Below, in pieces: positions 9,948 through 21,534 of a DNA stretch of 64,000 bases. The first letter of the stretch is position 1. The number at the start of each line of letters is the position of its first letter. The notes beneath the pieces were generated by a model. That model saw only the letters and a list, made by a program, of their open reading frames with translations. It was not told where the DNA came from and did no database searches. A program made the translations under genes and the position numbers. The DNA is from Tubulanus polymorphus. Lineage: Eukaryota; Animalia; Nemertea. The stretch is taken from the NCBI RefSeq assembly GCF_964204645.1, contig NC_134028.1, positions 16,561,653-16,625,652 of the forward strand, in the 5' to 3' direction.

Positions 9948-10697
9948 TCACCTTTTTACCGAATCATCAATAGTTGTTTCATTGTTATGCTTATTCATCC
10001 AATCAAATTTATCTTTATTATCAATGCGCTTTCCTGTATTTTCATTATTATCTTTATTAGTGTTTGCTCCTAATATTTCATTTACAGTGTTTGATCCTAA
10101 TATTTCATTAGCATCGGTTAAATCTAATTCATCTTTATTAGGTGTTGCTAATAAAAAATCTTCATATAATTCTTTACCATTTACTTTTTTATTTGAAACA
10201 AATTTTGTAACATATCTAAATGGGTGTTCTATAAATTCTCTTAAACCAACACGATCTATTACATTAGTAATATGTGAATTTGTATTCATATGTTTATTCC
10301 AATTTGATGGAGCGTTTGAAAATTCACCTTTACAATAATCACAATAATTTCTATTTTCACTAACATTTAATATTATTGCATTATTATATGTAGAAGGTAT
10401 TACATTATTAGATGTAGAAGGTATTACATTATTAGATGTAGAAGGTATTACATTATTAGATGTAGTAGGTATTACATTATTAGATGTAGAAGGTATTACA
10501 TTATTATCAATTACATTACTTAAATTATCAACAACACTACTTTTATTATTATCGATTTCTATTAGTTTAGTTTTATAAATTTTGAAAATAGGATCAAATA
10601 TCAAAGCTATATTACAAGGTATTACATAATATAAACCATCATTATTTTCATGTGTATCGATGTATGGAATATGTTTTAATACTTCACCTCCTTCCAT
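9948..10697 (-). CDS. Polinton accessory protein with five 8-aa (NNVIPSTS) repeats and a C2H2/matrin-like Zn finger
   Basis: 24-bp tandem repeats at ~10381-10505; YCDYCK...WNKHMNTNSH. Confidence 0.75.
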   Translation of the reverse strand: MEGGEVLKHIPYIDTHENNDGLYYVIPCNIALIFDPIFKIYKTKLIEIDNNKSSVVDNLSNVIDNNVIPSTSNNVIPTTSNNVIPSTSNNVIPSTSNNVIPSTYNNAIILNVSENRNYCDYCKGEFSNAPSNWNKHMNTNSHITNVIDRVGLREFIEHPFRYVTKFVSNKKVNGKELYEDFLLATPNKDELDLTDANEILGSNTVNEILGANTNKDNNENTGKRIDNKDKFDWMNKHNNETTIDDSVKR

Positions 10698-10729
10698 TTA
10701 ATATAAGATTTTTTATTAAAGTTAAAATT

Positions 10730-11977
10730 TTAATACATAACACTATCTAATTGTGAATTTACAATATTTAATTGCGCGTCAGATATAATATAAATGTGCA
10801 TTTTGAAATTTAGACTTCCTTTTTTCTTTTTCATGAATAATTGTATTCCATCTTTAGTGTTCTGTAATTTTTTTCCAGAACCATGTAATGAATTATCCTC
10901 TGTTGTTCTAAAATCTAACCATAATGCATATTTATTACCGGTATAATAATCAATTTGATTAATATTACAATTTTCAGATGATTTTACTTTTTCATTCATA
11001 AAATGTTTTCTAATTTCTGGCCATTGATCTATCATTCTCATTCCTTGACAAAATATTTTATTTTCTATTCCTTTGATAGTTATTTCTACTTTTGTTATTT
11101 CAGGATTATAATACTTATCGACCTGTATTGCGCCATTAGAATATGTTGCAATGGTAAGAAATATTAATATACCTTTAATAGATCTTCTTGGGAAGTTAAT
11201 ATTCTCATTAATAATTTCATCATTTGCATTAATAGTTACGGTTTTAAATTTATCAATATAATCATATAATAATGAAAATCCTTGATTGTATTGAGTTTGA
11301 ATTATGCTTGAAATATTTTCATTAGTTACTGTGTCATATTCTAAACATATATTCGATAATTTATAACTCAAATCTTTAACAACGCTAGATAATACAATTT
11401 CATTTACAGGAGCAAAAGTTATTTCGAATATAACGTCTTCTTGAATTGCGTATTTATATAAAGGTGCATTATTATTTATCAATTCAAAGTCTAATGGAAT
11501 TTTATATTTGCTTCCATAAATCTTTTTTATCAAATTATCTGCGGTACGAGTTACTATTGCGTCATTAGCTCCTGATCTTAATTTATTATGGTTTTCCGAT
11601 TGAATGCCCTGAAATATCATATTATTTCTATTTTCTTTAGTTAACCATAAATCTTTATAATGCATAAATAAATTATAATCATCTAATGAGAAAACTGTTT
11701 CTGGACCAATCTTTATTGTTAACTTTTTAATCAAATATCTTCCAACATTATCAACAACATAATTGTTATCATGGCCAGTTACTTTTATATCAGCTGATAA
11801 ATAAATACTATTTGGAACATAAAAAGTATTTTGTGTTAATCTCGGATTTCTAACATATAAAGTTTCATCAGGATTAATATTAGAAGGGTTATGAGTAATT
11901 ATATGATGTGATCTTTCTGCTTTAATAGCATTAGATATTCTATGATTCTTAGAAGGATTGATATAACTCCCACTCAT
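10730..11977 (-). CDS. Putative major capsid protein (double jelly-roll expected), intact 415 aa
   Basis: Size, beta-rich composition (LIKKLTIKIG, YKIPLDF, VIFEITFAP, YKLSNICLEYD, FPRRSIKGILIF, YALWLDF), strong conservation with the outer copy and Polinton context; fold assignment is inferred, not computed. Confidence 0.72.
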   Translation of the reverse strand: MSGSYINPSKNHRISNAIKAERSHHIITHNPSNINPDETLYVRNPRLTQNTFYVPNSIYLSADIKVTGHDNNYVVDNVGRYLIKKLTIKIGPETVFSLDDYNLFMHYKDLWLTKENRNNMIFQGIQSENHNKLRSGANDAIVTRTADNLIKKIYGSKYKIPLDFELINNNAPLYKYAIQEDVIFEITFAPVNEIVLSSVVKDLSYKLSNICLEYDTVTNENISSIIQTQYNQGFSLLYDYIDKFKTVTINANDEIINENINFPRRSIKGILIFLTIATYSNGAIQVDKYYNPEITKVEITIKGIENKIFCQGMRMIDQWPEIRKHFMNEKVKSSENCNINQIDYYTGNKYALWLDFRTTEDNSLHGSGKKLQNTKDGIQLFMKKKKGSLNFKMHIYIISDAQLNIVNSQLDSVMY

Positions 11978-11997
11978 TTATTTAACAAAAAAATTAA

Positions 11998-13448
11998 TTA
12001 TTTATTTTTAATCATGTTTACTAACCCAAAAATAATAGCACTTACAACTGTAATTAAAAATAAAATAATATGTTCAGCAGCAAAGTTAATAATGTTTCCT
12101 GCAGATTTCAATAGAAAACCAACAATTGATGCAATAATTCCTGGTAAAGCTGCAGCAGATTTCTTTGATAGTTCCCATAAATATTTTGCTAATTTCTTTA
12201 AACCATCCTTAACTTTATCTTGTATTGAATTATTATCTGGGGGTTTATCTGGTTTATTGGGAGTAGGGAGTAGATTTTAAAGCATTTGATATTGCTAAAC
12301 CAATTGTTGTAAATAACATAGTTACAGCTGTTAGAATTGAAAGAATTGTTATTCCTTCAAACTTAAATAATAATTTTTATTCTATCTTTCAATGATATTC
12401 TAGAATCTGGTTTTATTAGATATCTTTTAAAAACATCTTTTAATCTATTAATATTATAATCATATGATTTTAATAATAATTTAATTTCTTCGTTTTGTAA
12501 TTCTATGTTATATTCTAAATCATCTTTTTCTTTTCTAAACGTAATTCTTTTTGCCTATATTCTATTTCATCAAGTAATTGATGATCTAAATCAGACTTTA
12601 ATTGTTCTATTTCTTTATTTTTATCAGTCAATTCTTTTTCTAAAGTTCTAATTTTTAAATCTCTTATTTCTTTTTCATGCGCAATTTTATCAGATGCATG
12701 TCTTATACTTTCAATTTCTCTTATTGCTTTACCAGAAAATATATCTAAATCCTCTAATTCTTGTTTTGTTGCATCAAGTAATCCCTTCGGTAAAAGTTTT
12801 TCAGTTTGAACTTCTCTTGAATTAGGTCTACTAGTTTTGGAAGTTTTATTCTGTTCAGAAGTTGTTTCCGGTTCTAAATTATTATCGATTGTTTCAAATA
12901 AGTCATTAATTCTTTGTTTAAATACTCTTTTATTTTGATTTATTTCTTCTTGTGTTACATCTTCTATTTCATTACTATTATAACTTATTCTTTTAATTCT
13001 ATCTGGCTCTAATTTTTCCAAAGTTGATCCTGCTAATATTTTGTTTATTTTTATAAGAGATGTTAATATAATAATCATCTTTCAATTTATAATAATATTC
13101 ACCATCTAAAGATTTTAATTCTTGTACTAAAAGTCTAGCGCCTCTATCATTTATATTATATCCAGATTCTTTAAATACATGTTGAAAATCATACATAAAT
13201 TCAATATTTTCTAAATTTTGTCTTACTAAACCTTGATTTTCATTTTCAGGATTTATTCTCGATCTAGTTCTTCTATCAAATTCATCTGTTGATTGGCCTT
13301 TAGAACCACTATCTGCTAAATTAGAATTATATGCTGATTCATCATCATTATCAAAATTAGTTTCTGCATCATTATAATCATCATCAATATATCCTTCATT
13401 ATTATTTCCCATGTCATCCAATGGAATATCTTCTCCACCTTCTGCCAT
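11998..13448 (-). pseudogene. Large acidic/coiled-coil protein with C-terminal membrane segments (frameshifted; ORFs 12999-13448 and 12515-13078 plus tail)
   Basis: MAEGGEDIPLDDM start, heptad region, then GITILSILTAVTMLFTTIGLAI and LPGIIASIVGFLLK...HIILFLITVVSAIIFGLV on the - strand. Confidence 0.75.
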
Positions 13449-13461
13449 TTACATAAAAAAA

Positions 13462-14850
13462 TTAAAATTCAAAATATAATATTCCTCCGATTACAATTCC
13501 TATACAAGTTATAGATAATTTAGTATTTTCATGGGATTTATTATCATCATTTATTTTAATTATTTCATGTTGAATATTATCAGTTTTTATATTTTCTGAT
13601 GTATTATAATCTTTTATTTTAGAATCATTATTTAATTTAATATCATTAGTTTTAGTTTCTGTTGATTGAATATGTTTTTTATTTTTTTCACCTTCCATTA
13701 ATTTTGGAGCAGTAATAATCTTTTTATTTGTATCATTTAAACCAAATGAATTATTCATTGTTGCAGTTTTAATTAGATTATTATAACCAATTATATTTCC
13801 CATCTTTAATACTAAATCATTAGAAATAATTAATAGATTAGGGCCTATACAATAATTTAATCTAATATGTGATTTATCTAAAAAATTTTGATATCTTACA
13901 ATGTTTTCTGGAATCGATCTATTTTTATCATTATGAATTGAATCTTCAAATAATACTTTAAATTGTTTTTGTGTATCGAATGATGTATTTAAATTTCCAA
14001 TTATTGGGGATCTTGTTTCAACTTGTGCACCTAAAATACATATCAAATAAGTTCTAATAGATTGATTTATTCTTTGTAGACCTGATTTTGTAAAACCTTC
14101 ATTATTTTCTAAAATAAAATAAACCCAACCATTATTGTTTTCTTGTTTTAAATTATCATAAAATGTCGGTAATTTATTGAAATTTAATGTTTCTAAATCC
14201 TTAGTTTCTATTTTACCATAACCTAATTTATTACTATAGATATTATACAAACTATTAGATGGTATGGGAAGTGCACAATATTCTGCAATCTTTTTAGGGC
14301 AAGGAAGTGATCTTATTGTTCCAATTTTTGTTCTAAAATCAGAATTATTTATATCTATATTAAATTCATTACAAATTTTATAAAACTTTGATAAATTAAT
14401 ATTATTATCTAATTCTTTAAAATACCTAGATTCTGGTAAAGCGCACTCTAATTCATTTAATATTATTCTGATTTGAAAGTATGTATGAAATCTATATAAA
14501 CTTTGAATTAATTTATATTTAGACTTATTCAAATGATCATTCCACTTAATTCCACAAACTGTTGTTGCACAATAAACAGCAAAATTTAATTGGTTCTGCC
14601 AATACTTCATATTAGATTTTAATAACCATGGTTTTTCATCTTTCAATTTTTTAAAATCAATTAAATATACATGAAATATATTTTCCATCTTTGCATTCAA
14701 ATTATTATTTTCAGTAACATAAATTTCTAAATTAGTTAATGAATCTAAAACTTCATTTCTATATGTAATATCTTTATTAAAATCTATTGCTGGAATATTA
14801 TATTTAATTGATTTATTATATTGGAAAGCTTTTGGAAAACTATCTACCAT
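13462..14850 (-). CDS. Polinton hypothetical protein (462 aa) with C-terminal TM anchor
   Basis: Intact ORF, TAAATG start, WQNQLNFAVYCAT and YRFHTYFQIR blocks, terminal ITCIGIVIGGILYF. Confidence 0.75.
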   Translation of the reverse strand: MVDSFPKAFQYNKSIKYNIPAIDFNKDITYRNEVLDSLTNLEIYVTENNNLNAKMENIFHVYLIDFKKLKDEKPWLLKSNMKYWQNQLNFAVYCATTVCGIKWNDHLNKSKYKLIQSLYRFHTYFQIRIILNELECALPESRYFKELDNNINLSKFYKICNEFNIDINNSDFRTKIGTIRSLPCPKKIAEYCALPIPSNSLYNIYSNKLGYGKIETKDLETLNFNKLPTFYDNLKQENNNGWVYFILENNEGFTKSGLQRINQSIRTYLICILGAQVETRSPIIGNLNTSFDTQKQFKVLFEDSIHNDKNRSIPENIVRYQNFLDKSHIRLNYCIGPNLLIISNDLVLKMGNIIGYNNLIKTATMNNSFGLNDTNKKIITAPKLMEGEKNKKHIQSTETKTNDIKLNNDSKIKDYNTSENIKTDNIQHEIIKINDDNKSHENTKLSITCIGIVIGGILYFEF

Positions 14851-14866
14851 TTATATAATTAAAAAA

Positions 14867-15301
14867 TTAATAATTTATTAATTCTTTTAATAAATTATCT
14901 TGTTCTTCAACTGTTATATGACCATTTAAACTTATTATATAATCTAGTGTATTCTTCAATTTATTAATCTCTTTTATATTAGTTTTCATTTTTTCTTTAT
15001 TACTTTTTATATTTAATTTTGAACTTATACCAGTTAAAACACTTGATGATAATCCTAACAGACCAATTGATATAGCTAAAGGTGTTAATGGACTGAATAT
15101 TGCTAAAAATGTTATTACAGAACTAATTGTAACCGAACCACTAATCATGAGATAATATATAATTTTACTTTTTAAATACTTTTTCTTTTTTATCTTTAAG
15201 TCACTTTCAAATTCTAATATTTGTTTTTCTAAATATGTTTTTAGTTTAGTTTTATTTATATCATGAGGAATAATATCAATATTATCAACTTTATCTTCCA
15301 T
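14867..15301 (-). CDS. Two-TM membrane protein with flanking coiled coils
   Basis: IIYYLMISGSVTISSVITFLAIF and LAISIGLLGLSSSVLTGI; T8-N6-TAAATG start. Confidence 0.75.
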   Translation of the reverse strand: MEDKVDNIDIIPHDINKTKLKTYLEKQILEFESDLKIKKKKYLKSKIIYYLMISGSVTISSVITFLAIFSPLTPLAISIGLLGLSSSVLTGISSKLNIKSNKEKMKTNIKEINKLKNTLDYIISLNGHITVEEQDNLLKELINY

Positions 15302-15321
15302 TTATTTAGCAAAAAAAATTA

Positions 15322-15744
15322 CTAATTAGTAAATTTATATGCTACAAATATAACAATAACTGTTCCACCTAAAATCCATATTATTTCATATTTCTGTTGT
15401 TCTTTACTCGGGGTATAATAATCTGATAATTTAGGTCTGTATAGATGTAATTTTTCTTTATTGGTTACCGCGTTATATAAACTCATTGCATCATCAACTG
15501 ATTGAAAATCTCTATGCGAAATCTTCTGATCATATAATTCTTTATTGATGTAATCCATATAGTTTTGTCGTTTTTCTCTATATTCTTCTGCTGCTTTATT
15601 ATATTTCTCTAATGCTAAGTTATGTCTTCTTTGTTCTCCTAATGAACTATTTTTATCAATATGCTTAAATAAATATCCACCATCAGTAAATGCTAAAGCG
15701 TTAACAATTGCCGATCCTATAATAGTTATAATTGCAGAAGCCAT
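15322..15744 (-). CDS. Small protein with N- and C-terminal hydrophobic segments
   Basis: MASAIITIIGSAIVNALAF ... IIWILGGTVIVIFVAY; T7-N6-TAAATG start. Confidence 0.75.
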   Translation of the reverse strand: MASAIITIIGSAIVNALAFTDGGYLFKHIDKNSSLGEQRRHNLALEKYNKAAEEYREKRQNYMDYINKELYDQKISHRDFQSVDDAMSLYNAVTNKEKLHLYRPKLSDYYTPSKEQQKYEIIWILGGTVIVIFVAYKFTN

Positions 15745-15768
15745 TTATTTAGTAAAAAAATTATGCAT

Positions 15769-15990
15769 TTATATGGGAGGAATAAATTTTTGTTTTTCCA
15801 AATAATCAATAGTTAAATTAGATAAAGTAACTGCTAAAGTTAATTTTAAAATATCATTTATATCAAATCTATCAACATTAACACTTCCCATTTTGAATAC
15901 TTTTTTTAATACCATTGAATAACCAACAGTTCCAATTGATAGTAATGCACCATTATATAATCCAGTTATTATCCACTTATTATCACTCAT
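15769..15990 (-). CDS. Small hydrophobic protein (73 aa)
   Basis: IITGLYNGALLSIGTVGYSMVL; T7-N6-TAAATG start. Confidence 0.7.
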   Translation of the reverse strand: MSDNKWIITGLYNGALLSIGTVGYSMVLKKVFKMGSVNVDRFDINDILKLTLAVTLSNLTIDYLEKQKFIPPI

Positions 15991-16347
15991 TTATTTATCA
16001 AAAAAATTACTATCTTCAAAATATTTAGTTATCTTATTTATAATTATTTCAACATTTATTTCATTACTAGTTTCATTTGTATATATTTCAATTATTATTT
16101 TTTTAATATCATCGATGATAAAATCTTCATCTAATTCATAAAATCTTAAAGATTCTCTAATTAAATTAGTAATCTTTTCTACATTTAAAGTTTCTTTATC
16201 TATTGTTGTTTCATACTCAAATGTTGTTTCATTAGAAAATACAATATTTTTGATTTGTGTAATTACATCATTAATGTCAAATTTCATTTCTTTCTCATGT
16301 TTAAAATCAAACCCAAAACATATACTCGGTCCAACAGTTATATTCAT
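15991..16347 (-). CDS. Small acidic hypothetical protein (118 aa)
   Basis: Intact ORF tiling the gene block; T6-N8-TAAATG start. Confidence 0.65.
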   Translation of the reverse strand: MNITVGPSICFGFDFKHEKEMKFDINDVITQIKNIVFSNETTFEYETTIDKETLNVEKITNLIRESLRFYELDEDFIIDDIKKIIIEIYTNETSNEINVEIIINKITKYFEDSNFFDK

Positions 16348-16364
16348 TTATATAGTGGAAAAAA

Positions 16365-17120
16365 TTACTCTCTACATCTTATAACTAATTCATATATCAC
16401 AGAAAAGTTATTCAAATCAATTAGATATCCATTATGATTTCTTATTTCTAATTTAAAATTATTGAATTTAGGAATGCATGGTTTGAAATCACATTCTGTT
16501 AAATTATAATTTATTTGAGTTCGAAATTGTTTAACATTTTTTAATGGTAAAATATTTAATATACTAGAATTACAAATTGTTTCTTTAGTTGCTTCGAAAG
16601 TTTTTGTAGGCTCGATTAAATTGCAATAAATATGAAAGTGTGTAAAAGGTATTATATTTGAGCTGCCTTCTGCGTTTCCAGTAACTGTAAGAGGTTTAAT
16701 TCCTAAAATTTTAGCCAGTGGTTTGTTTACCATAAATTTATGTTGTTCATTAGATATCTTTATTCTTATTTTATTAGTACTATCAATTTTATTAAATTTA
16801 ATTTCAAATACAGAAGTGCCCCCGATTTTCAACCGAGCTCTTCTATTAATTTCCTGCGCTAATGATTCTAAATTATATAATCCTGGTTTTAAAAATATAT
16901 GAAACCATTTATCTTTATTTCTCATATAAATCATAAACCCTCTATGTTCAAAAGTTTTATCCGATACATTGTAAAAAGAATTACATAAACTTATATTAAC
17001 TAATTTTAAATCTACACAATTCTTGAATTCTCTATCTAATTGTACTAGTAAATCATGAGATTTATAATTTGTAAGCCTTCTAGAATCAACAAATATTCTG
17101 TATTCTTTTAATTCCACCAT
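16365..17120 (-). CDS. Putative minor capsid (penton, single jelly-roll) protein
   Basis: IFVDSR...SFYNV...PGLYNLESL...LAKILG...HIYCNLI...SILNILP...LEIRNHNGYLIDLN...ELVI pattern typical of Polinton/PLV minor capsid proteins. Confidence 0.78.
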   Translation of the reverse strand: MVELKEYRIFVDSRRLTNYKSHDLLVQLDREFKNCVDLKLVNISLCNSFYNVSDKTFEHRGFMIYMRNKDKWFHIFLKPGLYNLESLAQEINRRARLKIGGTSVFEIKFNKIDSTNKIRIKISNEQHKFMVNKPLAKILGIKPLTVTGNAEGSSNIIPFTHFHIYCNLIEPTKTFEATKETICNSSILNILPLKNVKQFRTQINYNLTECDFKPCIPKFNNFKLEIRNHNGYLIDLNNFSVIYELVIRCRE

Positions 17121-17137
17121 TTATTTTACATATTTTC

Positions 17138-17491
17138 TTATTCGAAATCTATTTCATGATGCCCCTTTTCATTCTTACCTTTGTATACGAAATAGAAATC
17201 ACCAGAACATAATTCTTCTAGGTCTTCACTTGATAATCTATGAAATCTATCTGGTAAATATGTTCTGAATTTATATGTATTTCCTTTTAATCCTTCATAT
17301 TCTAAGTGTATAACTAATTTATCTACATATTTGTTAGTAATTGTATCAATATTTGTAATAAGATATTTCTTATGGATTATTAATTCTTTTAACTTCTTAA
17401 ATTTATAATCTACTGATTTGACATTTGAAGTATCTTTGATTCTATCTAGAAATGATTTGTTGTTCTCACTGTGTGTTTGTTTACTCTCCAT
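17138..17491 (-). CDS. Small Polinton-associated protein next to polB (possible OB-fold)
   Basis: FKKLKEL...KY.IT...TNKY..KLVIHLE...TYLPDRF...FVYKG; fold is inferred only. Confidence 0.6.
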   Translation of the reverse strand: MESKQTHSENNKSFLDRIKDTSNVKSVDYKFKKLKELIIHKKYLITNIDTITNKYVDKLVIHLEYEGLKGNTYKFRTYLPDRFHRLSSEDLEELCSGDFYFVYKGKNEKGHHEIDFE

Positions 17492-17520
17492 TTATAATAC
17501 ATATTTTTACTAAAATTTGA

Positions 17521-20500
17521 TTAACACGTTAGAATTCTTTTCATTATCTCGTTCTCTTTTGTTTCTTCTCTTTTAGATTTTAAGTATTCATCTAAATTAC
17601 AACCATAAGCAACTGTATGAATTCCATCATCTAAAATATATCTTTTATCATCAAATGGGTTTAGACTTACCTTTTCAATTTCTTCAATAAACATTTCATG
17701 ATCTTCATATCTTAAACATCTCATCTTATGTTTTCTAACTTCTTCATTGAATATACAATTGATGTAATCTTTGAAATGAATATTCTTTTCTACTACACTT
17801 TTGGTTATTCCTTTTAACTTTTTAGCTTCATGTTCTTTAGTTTTATATGAATACATTTTAGATCTAATACCTATGAATTCAATCATTTCTTCACCACCTA
17901 ATTCATCTTTGAATTTACCGGGAACTTTTTTATTATCATTGCTAAAAAATTCATGATTTTTAGGATAATTACTGAAATCAAAATGATGTTTTAATGTTTT
18001 TAAATCATCAGTTATGTTATCAGTTTTTATCTTTAATATGTAACTGTCGGTATCAAAATATAATATTTCTATATGTTTTTCTCCAAAAAGTGGTTGTAAT
18101 ACATTATAATAGAATTCATACATTAGTAATTTTGATAATTCTAAAACTGAAGCGCCAACATAGATTGGTTTATTAAATTTCATTGATGTTCTTCTCATTT
18201 TAACTGCAGCTAAATTTTCATCAAATATTCTGTTACCAATGAACTTAGGATATGTTTGTAAATGTCTAATTCTTTTACCATTACTGACTAACTCAATATC
18301 ATTTCTATTTCTAATATTTTCACAAGTCTTGCCATAGAATGCATTATTCATTAACTTGAAGAAATCTTTTTCGAAATCAGTTTTAGCTTTAGTTCTCTGT
18401 TTGGTGTTAAAATCTATATATTTTTCTAACCACTTAGATTGGCTGAATGAAATATATCTACGTACTTTTTTTAGAATCATTCCTTGTTTTAGATAAAACT
18501 TTAACATTCTGTAATGTACTACATAATTATATTTATCTTCTTGAGTTACCATTAACTTTTCTGTATGAATATGATTTTCGGGTTTAATTTTTTTTTGGTA
18601 ATTTGATAATTCTTCATGAGTTACAGTTTTATGTTCTTGACAGTAAGCTAGATTTCTTGATTTAAATTTTTTATCTTCAGGATATTCTAAATCTACATCA
18701 AAGAAGTAACCAGTATCTGAATCATCTGCAATATCTAGAATTCTTTTCTTCCAATCAAATTTATCATTATTTTCATTCTGTAAAACTTCAGTTAATTCAA
18801 ATACTCCATAAGGTTGTGGTTCCATCATTGCCCAACCATACAAATTATTTGCATCTATATATAATAACTTATATCCGGGGTTATCATTTACATTGAAATA
18901 TCTATCACCTAATACACCTGAAACTCCTCCTCTTATAGATTTTTCAAATAATAGTAATTGATCTATATTTGTTAACAAATCCATTTTTATATCTGTAAAT
19001 TTCAATCCACGATCCCATGTTAAACCTGGTGATGAATAACAATGGCAAGGATCAATGTTAAAATATTTTAGGTTTACATCTCTAAACCTTTCGAATATAT
19101 CGGTTAATAATAATACATCAGATTTTAAATATATATATATATACTAATTGCCCATGATTTTCTATTTTGAAATGATTCCAAATATTCAATGTTCTATTAT
19201 ATACTTCATCTTTAACATATTCATTTTTTAATTCATCATAAAATTGTTCTTTTAATAATTCAGTTATATTGAAATCATTATGTGATTTATAAAATGAATA
19301 TGGAATTGCTCCTTTATATCTCATTAATTGAAAATCATCATTATTTGGATGGTGTTGTTTTAATATTTTTAATTCTTCATCAACTAATGATTTTGATAAG
19401 TTATCTAATGAACTACCTAGAAACCTATATGAATCTATAAATCTTAGACACCCAAATTGGAAAGATATATAATTCTCAGATGTTTTAGCTAACATTCTAA
19501 ATTTATAAGTTGGTATTTTAGCAACATCTTTTGATCTATATGAATTTAATCTTTCTATTTCATTATTAATTTCTTCTATCTTATGGCACAGTTGCTTGAT
19601 GAATAAATGTGCATCATATCCTGATAGATTATGAAATATAACTGGTACAAAATTAATTTTCTTAGCTTGTAAGTTACAATTCTCATGTGCAGCGCCTCTA
19701 AACTTTCCATTCAAATGATCATGGTCTCTTACTTTTTTATCTTTATAATTAAATATCTTTTCACAATAATAACATTTATCTGCAAACGCAAATTCTTTAT
19801 TTGTATTCAATAATTTACTAAATCTTATTTCATATTCAATTAATAAGTCACAAAAATGATTGATAACATTTTCATTTCTATAATGATAATATTCACTTTC
19901 AATTAGTTCTGGATAATCAGATTTAATATATAACCCGAAAGCTGCAGCTGATTGATGAATCTTTTTAATAGTATTTGTTTTTGGTGGTTCATCTGAAAAA
20001 TCATTTTCATTAGAATTTAATTTCTTTCTTTTATAATATATTTCTTTTCTATCTTGATCAGTTAATTCTTTATTTAATGATTCAAAATCTCCATATATAA
20101 CAAATGGTACTTTATTTTTGTAATCATATTTTTTGAATTCTAATATTTTATCCTTTTCATTTGGTAAAACTAATTTACAATAATCATGATTTTCACATAA
20201 TTGTTTATGATTTAATAATGCACTCTCATTACTGAATTTATGTAAACATTTTCTACATAGATATATTTTACGAGCATAATCATTTTCTGATTTAAAAAAT
20301 AAATCAATTTGTTTAATCCACATATAATGATTTTCATAATATAGTATATCTATAACATCGTTTGAATCATAATCATTTGATAGGTATAAAGGTTCTAATG
20401 TATAATGTTTTATATTGTTACCTTTTGTTTTTGGTAATTTGATTAAATCGAATACATTTATCTTTATATTATTATCTCTTTCTATTTTTGGGATATTTTT

Positions 20501-21534
20501 AATTCTAACAGGATACTTATCTATCTTATAATTATTTTCAAATGGTTTATAATGAGTTAATCTAAAACTATGTGTAATATCTTCTGTTGGATGTAAACAA
20601 CTTATTATAGCCCATAGAAAACATTTATCATCAAAATTTTGTACATTTATAACAGCATTAGTTTTAAATGGTAGTTTAATATAACTCGATGCTTCAATAT
20701 CTGGTTCTTTATAATATGATACATTATTTTCATCAATTGGTTTCGATTTAGTTAACTTATTATATTTTGTGTTATAAACATGTCAAGTCATAAATATTAT
20801 TTCATCAAATATTAGACCAGATCCTTCAAAATATTTCTCTTCTATTTTAGTTTTTACTTCATTATAACATTTATCTAATTTATCATCTATATGTTGTTTT
20901 GAAATAATATGTTGTGAATGAGAATTTATATTATATATTGGTTTATCTTCAGATTTTATGAATTTAACTTTAACTGATATACTAATTTTAGGATATTCAA
21001 CATCAGTTATTATTTTTATTATTTCTTTCATATTTTCTAAATGTTTTTTATTTTCTTCTAATGTTTTTCCTTTATGAAATTTAAACTCGATAGCTGCTGG
21101 ACCAATATCACTTTTAAATGCTTCGGTTATCTCTATATCTTTTTTATTATCTAATGAATTAATATAATTTCTTCCATGTACGGTCTTTTATTGTTTAATT
21201 TATTTCTTATTCTTTTAATTGTCTTGTGTTTCTTATCATTATCTTTATCAATATGATCTTCACCTAAAATATCATTATTCTTATTTCTAGTATGACTTTT
21301 AGATTTTAAATGTTCATTATAATATCTTTTATCACTGAATGATTGATTACATGTATCACATTTGTATGTTTCTTTTTCATTCTTTAATTCATCTAATTTA
21401 GTTTCTAATATATCATCTTCATATTCTAATTTTAATTTATTCTCTAAATGTGTTTTAGTTTTATTGTGTCTTGATTTTTGGGATTTATCTATATTGATAT
21501 TACATGTTGGGCAGTAGTACTTATTTGCTTCCAT
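17521..21534 (-). pseudogene. polB: Protein-primed family B DNA polymerase with N-terminal Zn fingers and an inserted endonuclease VII-like Zn domain; several frameshifts
   Basis: ExoI VIYGDFES, ExoII FHNLSGYDAH, Pol A YIDANNLYGWAM, Pol B KLMNNAFYGK, Pol C YFDTDS; CYYC...VRDHDHLNGKFRGAAHENCN; split over four ORFs. Confidence 0.95.

Noticed and set aside
9982-12280. Plus-strand ORFs 9982-10338 and 11942-12280, and similar short antisense ORFs elsewhere
   Set aside because: Opposite strand of better-supported Polinton genes, without TAAATG starts or motifs.
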